In this document: piece after piece, positions 25,612 to 33,549 of the stretch
How the letters are laid out: each line of letters begins with the position of its first letter
Numbering within the stretch: position 1 is the first letter of the stretch
From: a bacterium
GTDB taxonomy: Bacteria > Bacillota > Clostridia > Christensenellales > CAG-917
Assembly (NCBI GenBank): GCA_963656415.1
Contig: CAVKIG010000002.1
Span: 1 to 40,973 of the forward strand
Direction: 5' to 3'
DNA: 40,973 bases
The notes under the pieces: generated by a model
Seen by the model: only the letters and a program-made list of their open reading frames with translations
Told to the model about the DNA's origin: nothing
Databases searched by the model: none
Translations under genes and position numbers: made by a program

Positions 25612-27501
25612 ATGGCAGACGTAAAACTCAATCACATATACAAAGTATATCCCAACGGAACAAAAGCCGTAAACGACTTTACGATGGATATAAAAGATAA
25701 GGAATTTATTGTATTCGTCGGACCGTCGGGTTGCGGAAAATCGACCACGCTACGTATGATAGCCGGTCTTGAAGAAATCACTGCCGGCGAACTCTATATA
25801 GGCGATATGCTCGTAAACGATGTAGAACCGAAGGACAGAGATATTGCGATGGTATTTCAAAACTATGCGCTTTATCCGCATATGACGGTGTACGAAAATA
25901 TGGCATTCGGTCTGAAATTGAGAAAAATGCCCAAAACGGTTATCGACCAAAAGGTTCGTGAAGCGGCACAAATATTGGATATAACCGACTATCTTGACAA
26001 AAAGCCTAAAGAGATGAGCGGCGGACAGCGTCAAAGAGTTGCGTTGGGCAGGGCAATCGTAAGAGAGCCGAAGGTTTTTTTGCTTGACGAACCTTTGTCA
26101 AATCTCGACGCAAAATTGCGCACGGCAATGAGAAGCGAAATAAGCGCACTGCATCATAGATTGCAAACAACGTTTATTTATGTCACGCACGATCAAGTCG
26201 AAGCAATGACGATGGGCACGCGAATAGTCGTTATGAAAGACGGCTTTGTGCAACAAATCGATACGCCGACAAACTTGTACAGATATCCGCAAAACGTGTT
26301 TGTCGCAGGCTTTATAGGAACACCGCAAATGAATTTTATCAAAGCCGAAATCGTTGTCGAAAACGGCAAGGTGTCGCTTAATGCCGTTGACGCACCGTTA
26401 AGAATAGCGTTGCCCAAAGACTTCTTTGCAAAATCAAAGCAATCGGATGTGTTTCACGGAAAAAAAGTCGTGCTGGGACTGCGCACGGAACATATCTCTA
26501 TTGACACCGAAAAATATGCCGCAAAGGCAAATATCAAGGTGTCGCACATTGAGGAGTTGGGAACCGAAAGCCAAGTCTTCGGAGATTTGAACGTTGACAA
26601 AGAACTCGGTGTGCAAAGCTCGACCGGAATCGTTATAAAAGCGCCGACAATGACGCGTTTTGAAGTCGGAAGCGTTATTGAAATCTCGTTTGATATCGAA
26701 AAAATGCAAGTTTTCGATGCGGACACGGAATTGAATATGATTCCGCGGATTCCCGATTGCTCGAGTATAAGCGTAGCGATAAAAAAGCATGCGTTCGAAA
26801 TCGGCTCGTCGAGGATAGAATTGCCGTCGGCATTTTCAATGGAAGACGGAAACTATAAGTTGATCATACCTATCGATGCCGTCGGAAAAGGAAACGATAT
26901 TGTAGGAAAAGTGCAAAAGGTCGAAGAAGTCAACGGAAAGTATTTGCATTACGTCGAAATAGGCGACCGGATAATATTTGCTTTGTTTGATGAAGAAGCG
27001 AGTGGAAAAATTACGCTTGGTATCGACTTGAAAAAGGTTACGTGTTCGACAGACGACAAGATTGTTCAAGAAGCCATACCGGCATTAAACACTCTTAGCG
27101 GGAAAATGCTGCGTCAAAGGAACAAGGATAAGAGAACGTTTAAGGAAATCATTACATCAGCCGCAATTCCGAAATTTTCGTTTGAAACGATGGGACATAG
27201 GTTCGAGTGTACAAGAGAACTTGCGTCGAAGTTGGTTGGAATCGGCGGCACTAAAATCATTGGCAAAGCGTTGAGTTTTGAATTTTCGCCACAAGACGTT
27301 GAAATTGCGACGGGTGGCATACCGTTTTCGGTCGAAAAGATTTTAGATTACGGTACCGAACGATATGCAAAATGCGAGAGAGACGGAGTGGTATTATACG
27401 CCAAGGTCGGGGATGATTTTAATGAAGAAAGCATTGACATTGCATTGCCCGTTGACAAGATGTCTATATTCGACGTCGAGGATCAAATCAGATTGAAATA
27501 A
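25612..27501 (+). CDS. Sugar ABC transporter ATPase (MalK/MsmK/UgpC type) with a ~250-aa C-terminal extension
   Basis: Has Walker A GPSGCGKST, signature MSGGQRQR and Walker B FLLDEPLSNLD, followed by three successive regulatory-domain-like segments. Its 629 aa compare with ~370 aa for typical MalK. Confidence 0.92.
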   Translation: MADVKLNHIYKVYPNGTKAVNDFTMDIKDKEFIVFVGPSGCGKSTTLRMIAGLEEITAGELYIGDMLVNDVEPKDRDIAMVFQNYALYPHMTVYENMAFGLKLRKMPKTVIDQKVREAAQILDITDYLDKKPKEMSGGQRQRVALGRAIVREPKVFLLDEPLSNLDAKLRTAMRSEISALHHRLQTTFIYVTHDQVEAMTMGTRIVVMKDGFVQQIDTPTNLYRYPQNVFVAGFIGTPQMNFIKAEIVVENGKVSLNAVDAPLRIALPKDFFAKSKQSDVFHGKKVVLGLRTEHISIDTEKYAAKANIKVSHIEELGTESQVFGDLNVDKELGVQSSTGIVIKAPTMTRFEVGSVIEISFDIEKMQVFDADTELNMIPRIPDCSSISVAIKKHAFEIGSSRIELPSAFSMEDGNYKLIIPIDAVGKGNDIVGKVQKVEEVNGKYLHYVEIGDRIIFALFDEEASGKITLGIDLKKVTCSTDDKIVQEAIPALNTLSGKMLRQRNKDKRTFKEIITSAAIPKFSFETMGHRFECTRELASKLVGIGGTKIIGKALSFEFSPQDVEIATGGIPFSVEKILDYGTERYAKCERDGVVLYAKVGDDFNEESIDIALPVDKMSIFDVEDQIRLK

Positions 27502-27512
27502 CGCAAGTCGGC

Positions 27513-27548
27513 ATGCCAGGCAAGAGTAATACAAACCTTGCCCGGCAT
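27513..27548 (+). promoter_or_regulatory. Intercistronic stem-loop between the ATPase gene and malQ
   Basis: atgccaggcaag / cttgcccggcat form a 12-bp stem with one mismatch and a 12-nt loop. No T-tract follows. Confidence 0.4.
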
Positions 27549-27562
27549 AGGGAGTTTGTTAT

Positions 27563-29053
27563 ATGGCGGTAAATAAAAAATTCGGTTTTTCGCACAAAAG
27601 CGGATTGCTTATGGCAGTTAGCAGTTTGCCATCCGAGTACGGTATAGGCTCTTTTGGCAAGCCGTGTTATGATTGGATTGACTTTATGGACAAAACCGCA
27701 ACTAAGTGTTGGCAGGTTTTGCCACTCAATCCGACTGCCTACGGCGACAGCCCGTATCAGTCGCCGTCATCTTTTGCGGGAAATCCGTATTTTGTGGATT
27801 TGGATGAGTTGAAAAGCGCGGGTTTGCTCTCGGACACCGATTTGGAATCACAAAAAGATTGCTGTGAGCGGGTGGATTACGGGAGATTGTTTGAAACGCG
27901 CATAAACGTTTTGAAAAAAGCGTACTCGAACTTTAAGAAAAATTCCGCTTTTACGAGATTTTGCAATTCTAATTCCTGGTGGCTTGACGATTATGCGCTG
28001 TTCTTTTCGCTTAAAGAAAAGTATAATTATGCACCGTGGTCGGCGTGGCCCGATGAATATAAAATTTACAAAAATGCCGTCAACCACACAGATGAGTTTT
28101 CTTCGCAAGCGGATTTTTGGAAATTCGTTCAATACGAGTTCTTCTCCCAGTGGAAAAAGGTGTGCGCTTACGCACACTCGAAAGGCATAAAGATTATAGG
28201 CGATATGCCGATTTACGTTGCATATGATTCGGTTGACGTGTGGAGCAACACAGACGAGTATCTTCTTGGCGAGAACTTGAATCCGACATTCGTTGCAGGC
28301 TGTCCGCCCGACGGATTTTCCCCCGATGGACAATTGTGGGGCAATCCGATTTACGATTATGCGAAAATGGAGAAGAACGGCTACAGGTGGTGGTGTTCGC
28401 GTATCAAAATTTGTGCGTCGTTATTTGACCTCGTAAGGATAGACCATTTCCGCGGGTTTGCGGGATATTATGCAATACCGTACGGCGAGCAGACCGCTCG
28501 CAACGGACACTGGGAAAAAGGTCCCGGGGAAAAACTTTTCGATGCGATAAATCAAAGCGTTCCGAATGCAAAAATAATTGCAGAAGATCTTGGCTTTTTG
28601 ACAGATGACGTGCGCGAGTTGATTGCTTATTGCGGATATCCCGGGATGAAAATATTGCAGTTTGCGTTTTTTGACGAAGGCAGCGAGTATTTGCCGCGGC
28701 TATATACAAATAAAGACTATGTGGTTTATACAGGCTCTCACGACGCCGACTGTACCCGCACGTGGACGGAAAACATTGCAGGCGATACACTAAATCGATT
28801 CAAAAGAGAATGTTCGCACATCAAGGGGTTAAACCCAACGTATAAGATGATTAAACTGGCGTTTTGTTCAATTGCGGAACTTGCGATGATACCGTTGCAG
28901 GACTGGCTTTTGCTTGGAAACGAAGAAGGCAGGATGAATACGCCGTCCGTTGCACAAGGGAATTGGACTTGGCGTGCTCCGTCCGACTATGCGTCGAAAA
29001 AGATAATATCGACAATTAAAAGATTTAATATTCAGACGCGACGCGAAAAATGA
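27563..29053 (+). CDS. malQ: 4-alpha-glucanotransferase (amylomaltase, GH77)
   Basis: Has N-terminal GIGSFG and PLNPTAYGDSPYQSPSSFAGNPYF, DHFRGF, and a typical length of ~500 aa. Confidence 0.93.
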   Translation: MAVNKKFGFSHKSGLLMAVSSLPSEYGIGSFGKPCYDWIDFMDKTATKCWQVLPLNPTAYGDSPYQSPSSFAGNPYFVDLDELKSAGLLSDTDLESQKDCCERVDYGRLFETRINVLKKAYSNFKKNSAFTRFCNSNSWWLDDYALFFSLKEKYNYAPWSAWPDEYKIYKNAVNHTDEFSSQADFWKFVQYEFFSQWKKVCAYAHSKGIKIIGDMPIYVAYDSVDVWSNTDEYLLGENLNPTFVAGCPPDGFSPDGQLWGNPIYDYAKMEKNGYRWWCSRIKICASLFDLVRIDHFRGFAGYYAIPYGEQTARNGHWEKGPGEKLFDAINQSVPNAKIIAEDLGFLTDDVRELIAYCGYPGMKILQFAFFDEGSEYLPRLYTNKDYVVYTGSHDADCTRTWTENIAGDTLNRFKRECSHIKGLNPTYKMIKLAFCSIAELAMIPLQDWLLLGNEEGRMNTPSVAQGNWTWRAPSDYASKKIISTIKRFNIQTRREK

Positions 29054-29358
29054 TATGCATGTCGGTTTTGGAGAACGCAATAAAGACTTGCGTTATCTTT
29101 ATAATGGACTATTACGAGATATGAATCGTTCAACCGATGATCTTTCACTGTTTTCAAACGCATATGGTATTGCACAAGAGGCAACGTTAAACTATGAGTT
29201 TGAATGATAATATAAGAAGTTGCGCATAAAATTTGTGCGTAACCAGATGTATAGATAAATAGGGCGGTTTTTTGTTCTTAATGCGTAAAATCCATAATTA
29301 GAGATTTTTATAAATTCTGTGAATTTATAGGCGCAATTTAGTAGCAAAAAATTCTCGA

Positions 29359-29399
29359 AGAAAAAATAATACGAACCCATTATCTGAGTTCGTATTATT
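29359..29399 (-). terminator. Intrinsic terminator of the tRNA operon
   Basis: On the minus strand the stem aataatacgaac / gttcgtattatt is followed by tttttt. Confidence 0.7.
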
Positions 29400-29405
29400 G
29401 TCGTT

Positions 29406-29481
29406 TGGTGACCCACCGGAGATTCGAACTCCGGACCATCGCATTAAAAGTGCGGTGCTCTACCGGCTGAGCTAGTGAGTC
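29406..29481 (-). tRNA. tRNA-Lys (anticodon UUU), CCA encoded
   Basis: Hand-folded cloverleaf: acceptor GACTCAC/GTGGGTC, anticodon loop CTTTTAA, T-arm CGGAG-TTCGAAT-CTCCG. Confidence 0.9.
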
Positions 29482-29484
29482 ATT

Positions 29485-29559
29485 TGGCAGGGGTAGCTGG
29501 ATTTGAACCAACGAATGCCAGAATCAAAATCTGGTGCCTTACCGCTTGGCGATACCCCT
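29485..29559 (-). tRNA. tRNA-Gln (anticodon UUG), CCA encoded
   Basis: Acceptor AGGGGTA/TACCCCT, anticodon loop TTTTGAT, T-loop TTCAAAT. Confidence 0.9.
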
Positions 29560-29573
29560 ATCCAGCGCAGTCT

Positions 29574-29602
29574 ATAATATCACTTCATCAAAGATTTTGC
29601 AA
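29574..29602 (-). promoter_or_regulatory. Internal promoter for tRNA-Gln/tRNA-Lys
   Basis: On the minus strand: TTGCAA, 17-nt spacer, TATTAT, ending ~15 nt upstream of the tRNA-Gln 5' end. Confidence 0.5.
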
Positions 29603-29680
29603 CAAAATCGACTGCATTTTTTGTTCAAATTTGATATATTTGTCAAATTTGTGCCAAAATCCGCAATTGAGCGAATTTTG

Positions 29681-29734
29681 TATATGAAACTCCTTTGGGA
29701 GTATCGTTCATTATGGGGTGAATAGTGGGATTCG
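29681..29734 (-). repeat. Orphan duplicate of the tRNA-His 3' end plus trailer
   Basis: 29700-29734 is a perfect 35-nt match to 29921-29955 (21 nt of tRNA-His 3' end plus 14 nt of trailer). Similarity extends imperfectly over the trailer hairpin. Confidence 0.85.
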
Positions 29735-29902
29735 CTCCGTTTGCCCTATGCGGTATTCTCGCACGGCACAGGCACAAATCTTTATTTGATGCCCGCACTG
29801 CGAAGTAAGGCCTGCACTATCACGCCGGGGCAGGCAAACAATTCACAGGATTGTTTGCTGTTCTGCCCGTTCGAATCCGACGGGTTGTCGTCAAAATCGA
29901 AC

Positions 29903-29955
29903 TATATGAACTCTTTGCAGAGTATCGTTCATTATGGGGTGAATAGTGGGATTCG
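29903..29955 (-). repeat. Master copy of the same repeat (3' end of intact tRNA-His plus trailer)
   Basis: See 29681-29734. Confidence 0.85.
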
Positions 29956-30012
29956 AACCCACGACCTCCAGGGCCACAACCTGGCACGCTAACCAACTGC
30001 GCTATATCCACC
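29935..30012 (-). tRNA. tRNA-His (anticodon GUG) with encoded G-1 and CCA
   Basis: G(-1) plus acceptor GTGGATA/TATTCAC, anticodon loop TTGTGGC, T-arm GTGGG-TTCGAAT-CCCAC. Confidence 0.92.
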
Positions 30013-30016
30013 ATAA

Positions 30017-30093
30017 TGGCGAGCCTGAAGAGATTCGAACTCCCGACACACGGCTTAGAAGGCCGTTGCTCTATCCTGCTGAGCTACAGGCTC
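30017..30093 (-). tRNA. tRNA-Arg (anticodon UCU), CCA encoded
   Basis: Acceptor GAGCCTG/CAGGCTC, anticodon loop CTTCTAA, T-loop TTCGAAT. The T-stem has two G-U pairs. Confidence 0.88.
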
Positions 30094-30118
30094 ATATCTT
30101 CAACGATCTGAAGATATA

Positions 30119-30192
30119 TGGAGCGGGTGATGGGAATCGGACCCACGCAATCAGCTTGGAAGGCTGACATTCTACCATTGAACTACACCCGC
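30119..30192 (-). tRNA. tRNA-Gly (anticodon UCC), CCA encoded
   Basis: Acceptor GCGGGTG/CACCCGC, anticodon loop CTTCCAA. The T-loop reads TCCGATT rather than TTCGATT. Confidence 0.85.
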
Positions 30193-30244
30193 ATATCGAA
30201 TGAAGACGCAACGAAAAGTCGCATATTCTATTCAATGCTTGACA

Positions 30245-30273
30245 ATATTATCACATCGGCGGTTTTATGTCAA
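30245..30273 (-). promoter_or_regulatory. Promoter of the tRNA cluster
   Basis: On the minus strand: TTGACA, 17-nt spacer, TAATAT, ~50 nt upstream of tRNA-Gly. Confidence 0.6.
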
Positions 30274-30278
30274 GAAAT

Positions 30279-30746
30279 TCAAGTAAGATTTACTATTTTG
30301 ACGACAAATTTTCCGTTGGTAACCACGACGTAGGCGTATGACGGTGCGCCGGTGCGTGCGGAGTATATTGCGCCGGGGTTTACGAGCGTAACTCCCGCAT
30401 ATTCCTGAACGTCGGCAAAGTGCGTGTGACCGTACAATACGAGATTGCATTCGAGTTCGCGCGCACGCATATAAAGTGACGTTAAATCGTTTTTTACGCG
30501 ATATTTGTCGCCGTGAGTGAGCAAAATGCGCACGTTTTCGACTTCCACGACTTCTTCGTCGCAAAAACCGCACGACGGGTCGCAATTGCCTTTGACCGCG
30601 TGAAAACCCTTGTGCAAAAGCACATCTTCGAGCGAAAGTATTCCGTCGCCGAGAAAAAATACGAGATTGCTTTCAAACGCAACGCTTGTGAGTTTGGTTG
30701 GAAGCGGCGTTCCGTGACTGTCTGAAAAAACGGGTATCGTCGTCAT
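30279..30746 (-). CDS. YfcE/MJ0936-family metallophosphoesterase
   Basis: Motifs FSDSHG, GDG, GNCD, THGD and GHTH. The start MTTIPVF at 30746 overlaps the rdgB stop (ATGA). The longer track ORF is an artefact. Confidence 0.85.
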   Translation of the reverse strand: MTTIPVFSDSHGTPLPTKLTSVAFESNLVFFLGDGILSLEDVLLHKGFHAVKGNCDPSCGFCDEEVVEVENVRILLTHGDKYRVKNDLTSLYMRARELECNLVLYGHTHFADVQEYAGVTLVNPGAIYSARTGAPSYAYVVVTNGKFVVKIVNLT

Positions 30747-31330
30747 TTTTCTTGAGATTTTACAAGTTCGAGCATCGCTCTCAGTGCGCGTCCGCGATGA
30801 CTGACGGAATTTTTCTCCGCTTGCGTCGCTTCGGCAAACGTTTTGCCGAGTTCGGTCGAGAAAAACAAGGAATCGTATCCGAAACCTTCCGTTCCGCGTT
30901 CCGACAGCAAAATTTCGCCGTTGACGCGTCCCGATGCCGTCAGCGTTTTTCCGTCGGGATAACATAATGCTATAACCGTTGCAAAATGCGCGGAGCGGTC
31001 TTTTACGCCGTCAAGATTTTTGAGAAGCAGAGCGCGGTTTTTTGCGTCGTCGTGTTCTTCTCCCGCATAGCGAGCCGAATATACTCCGGGGGCGCCATTC
31101 AGTGCGTCGACCATAAGTCCCGTATCGTCGGCAAGCGTGGCAATTCCCGACAAAGCGAGAATAGCGCGAGCCTTGATGAGTGCATTTTCTTCGAGCGTCG
31201 AGCCGGTTTCTTCGACGTCGACGTCTATGCCCAAATCTTTGAGCGAAAGCAATTCTTCAAACGAATCGCCGAGAATGGCTCTGATTTCCTGAAGTTTGTG
31301 TTGATTGTTGGTTGCGATTGCAAGTTTCAT
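30743..31330 (-). CDS. rdgB: Non-canonical purine NTP pyrophosphatase (RdgB/HAM1 family)
   Basis: MKLAIATNNQHKLQEI ... EETGSTLEENALIKA ... FGYDSLF motifs. Confidence 0.9.
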   Translation of the reverse strand: MKLAIATNNQHKLQEIRAILGDSFEELLSLKDLGIDVDVEETGSTLEENALIKARAILALSGIATLADDTGLMVDALNGAPGVYSARYAGEEHDDAKNRALLLKNLDGVKDRSAHFATVIALCYPDGKTLTASGRVNGEILLSERGTEGFGYDSLFFSTELGKTFAEATQAEKNSVSHRGRALRAMLELVKSQEK

Positions 31331-31381
31331 TTTCTACCGTTTATTATGTTTTTTATTCGGATATACAGTTTTGTTTATGAG

Positions 31382-33082
31382 TTATTCCGCTTTGAGCGAG
31401 AGTTCTTTTATTGATTTTGCAACGTTGATGAAGTGGTCTGCGACACGTTCGGAGTCAGACGTAAGCGACAGATATTGAGCCCCTACGTCAGGTGTGCAAA
31501 GGTCTTCTCGCATGCGTTTTATGTGGTTTTGTTCCATTTCTTCGGTGAGCGCGTCTATACTTTCTTCTATCTCGTTTGCTTCGGCGAGAGAATGTGCGTC
31601 GACGTTTACGTACGCTTTCATGACTTTCTGGAACAAATCTTCGATTCGCTGTTGCATGTTTCTTATTTCGCCTACAGCGGTTTCGGAAAACGATTGTTCG
31701 GAGTCTTTGAGTTTGTCTGCGTATTCCACGATGTTTTCTGCGTAGTCTCCGACTCGTTCAAGATCGGAAATCGTATGGAACGTCGTGGCAAGATAGATAT
31801 GGTCTTTGTCGTTGAGTTCGAGATTCGACAATCTTACGACGAAACGCGCGATTTCTTTGTTCAGAAAATTCAATTCGTTTTCGTTCTTGCGGAAGGTTTC
31901 GATATCCGTATAGTCGAGTGTGCAAATCACGTCGCAAGCCTTGTCGAAGTTGTGCATTGCGATTTCTGCCATGTTGACGATTTCGTTTTTGACCTGCGCA
32001 ACCGCAATAGGCGGCGTTGAAAGCATGTGCTCGTCGATATAGTGGAGTTTTTTCTGCGGTTCTTCCGTCTTTTTCTTGTCGGGGATAATCTTCGTGACGA
32101 GTTTCACGAGCAAATTCGTGAGTGGAAGCATGAATATGACCGTAATCACGTTGAATATCGTGTGGAACATTGCAAGTTGCGTTTGCGGCGCCCCCGGGAA
32201 CGTCTTTTCAAACAGTAAGCCGAACGTTACCACTCTTTCGGGAGTTACCGCTTTTGAAATTTCTCTCATCATCATCGCAACGAGCATGAATACAATGACG
32301 CCCGATATATTGAACAAAAGGTGAATGAGAGCGGTGCGCTTTGCATTCGTGCTGGACGTGATACCTGCGATTATAGCCACGACGCACGAGCCGATGTTCG
32401 ATCCCATAGTGAGATAAATGCCTTGATCGAGAGATATAAGCCCCGTGAAAACCATTGTTATCGCAACCGAAGTCATGACCGACGAGCTTTGAATGATTGC
32501 GGTGAACACTGCGCCAATGAGAACGAGCAGTATGGGATTTTTTATAAGAGCGAGAAAATTTTTGACTGCTTCCATCTTCGCAAAGTCGCCCATAGAGCCG
32601 CTCATCATATCGAGACCGACGAAAAGCATGCCGAAGCCTGCGAGTATGCCGCCGACTTTTTTGACGACGTCTTTCTTTGCAAAAGCCATGACGAACGCAC
32701 CGATTCCCGCAAACGTTGCAAATACGACGCCCGTCGAGATTGTGTTGTCAAACATGCCGAGCGCGGTGATTTGTCCCGTTATGGTCGTTCCTATGTTTGC
32801 GCCGTAAATCACGGTTGCCGCCTGCATGAGCGACATAATGCCCGCGTTGACGAAACCTATGACCATGACGCTGGTTGCGCCCGAACTTTGAATTGCCGCG
32901 GTTGCCACCGTGCCTATGCCGACGCCAACGAGTTTGCTCTTGGACGTGCGAGCGAAGAGTTTTTTGAGTTTGTTTGAACTGACCGATTCGAGATTTGAAC
33001 TCATCATCGTGCACGCGATGAGAAAAATGCCGATGCCCGCGATCAGCGTCAGGACAGCAGTTGCGATTTGAACAGATGTCAT
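31382..33082 (-). CDS. Na/Pi cotransporter family protein with C-terminal PhoU-like domain
   Basis: Has duplicated Na_Pi_cotrans segments (QSSGATSVMVIGF, QSSSVMTSVAI) and a helical PhoU-like tail. The start is chosen at MTSVQIATAV (33082); there is no clear SD. Confidence 0.85.
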   Translation of the reverse strand: MTSVQIATAVLTLIAGIGIFLIACTMMSSNLESVSSNKLKKLFARTSKSKLVGVGIGTVATAAIQSSGATSVMVIGFVNAGIMSLMQAATVIYGANIGTTITGQITALGMFDNTISTGVVFATFAGIGAFVMAFAKKDVVKKVGGILAGFGMLFVGLDMMSGSMGDFAKMEAVKNFLALIKNPILLVLIGAVFTAIIQSSSVMTSVAITMVFTGLISLDQGIYLTMGSNIGSCVVAIIAGITSSTNAKRTALIHLLFNISGVIVFMLVAMMMREISKAVTPERVVTFGLLFEKTFPGAPQTQLAMFHTIFNVITVIFMLPLTNLLVKLVTKIIPDKKKTEEPQKKLHYIDEHMLSTPPIAVAQVKNEIVNMAEIAMHNFDKACDVICTLDYTDIETFRKNENELNFLNKEIARFVVRLSNLELNDKDHIYLATTFHTISDLERVGDYAENIVEYADKLKDSEQSFSETAVGEIRNMQQRIEDLFQKVMKAYVNVDAHSLAEANEIEESIDALTEEMEQNHIKRMREDLCTPDVGAQYLSLTSDSERVADHFINVAKSIKELSLKAE

Positions 33083-33298
33083 ATTATAAGCGTTTGCGCG
33101 CCGAGCGCGCCGTTTGAGACCTTGTCTCTCTATGTCTATACTTACAAATTTATTATAAAGAAAAATAACAACCTTGTAAAACGATTTGACGAGCCGTTTC
33201 AAAATATTAACTAAAGGAGTTTTATTCGAAAATCAAATATAAATTATCGGACGCTTATAATTTGTTTTTTTGCTTTTTTCTTGAATTTTTGAGCTAAA

Positions 33299-33454
33299 AC
33301 ACGATATGTGTACAAGTATTTTGAAATACGAAAAGTGTCGATTATTGTTCGGTTGAAACACGATAAGTATTATGATGAATGTAAAATCAAGCCGTTTTTA
33401 GCGTTTTATAGGTAAAATCGAGCAATAATTGGGTTTTCGGAACACGATAAGTGT
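33299..33454. repeat. Three copies of the dyad motif ACACGATAWGTRT
   Basis: Copies at 33299-33311 (acacgatatgtgt), 33358-33370 (acacgataagtat) and 33442-33454 (acacgataagtgt), spaced 59 and 84 nt apart. Confidence 0.6.
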
Positions 33455-33502
33455 AATAATGTGCTTTTGTTGTAAGGTTGAAAATCTGTAGAAAAAATCG
33501 AA

Positions 33503-33534
33503 TAAATAAAAAGTCCGCACCGAAAAGCGCGGAC
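33503..33534 (-). terminator. Intrinsic terminator after dinB
   Basis: On the minus strand the stem gtccgcgc / gtgcggac (one G-U pair) is followed by tttttatttatt. Confidence 0.75.
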
Positions 33535-33549
33535 ATAAAAAAGTCGTCG

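Noticed and set aside
29735-29902. The insert as a tRNA, tmRNA, SRP RNA or 6S RNA
   Set aside because: I could fold no cloverleaf on either strand. The T-loop-like TTCGAATCC box lacks a matching 5-bp stem. There is no tmRNA-type acceptor/CCA arrangement. There is no GGAAGCAG-type SRP domain IV motif. The 5' and 3' ends are not complementary as 6S RNA would require. It remains unassigned.
31382-33202. 606-aa version of the Na/Pi cotransporter ORF
   Set aside because: The extra 40 N-terminal residues overlap the best promoter candidate and look non-protein-like. Homologues, as I recall them, begin with the hydrophobic segment at MTSVQIATAV.
33299-33454. Possible CRISPR array
   Set aside because: The repeat units are only ~13 nt, spacing is irregular (59 and 84 nt) and there are only three copies with no cas genes. 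This is not a CRISPR.
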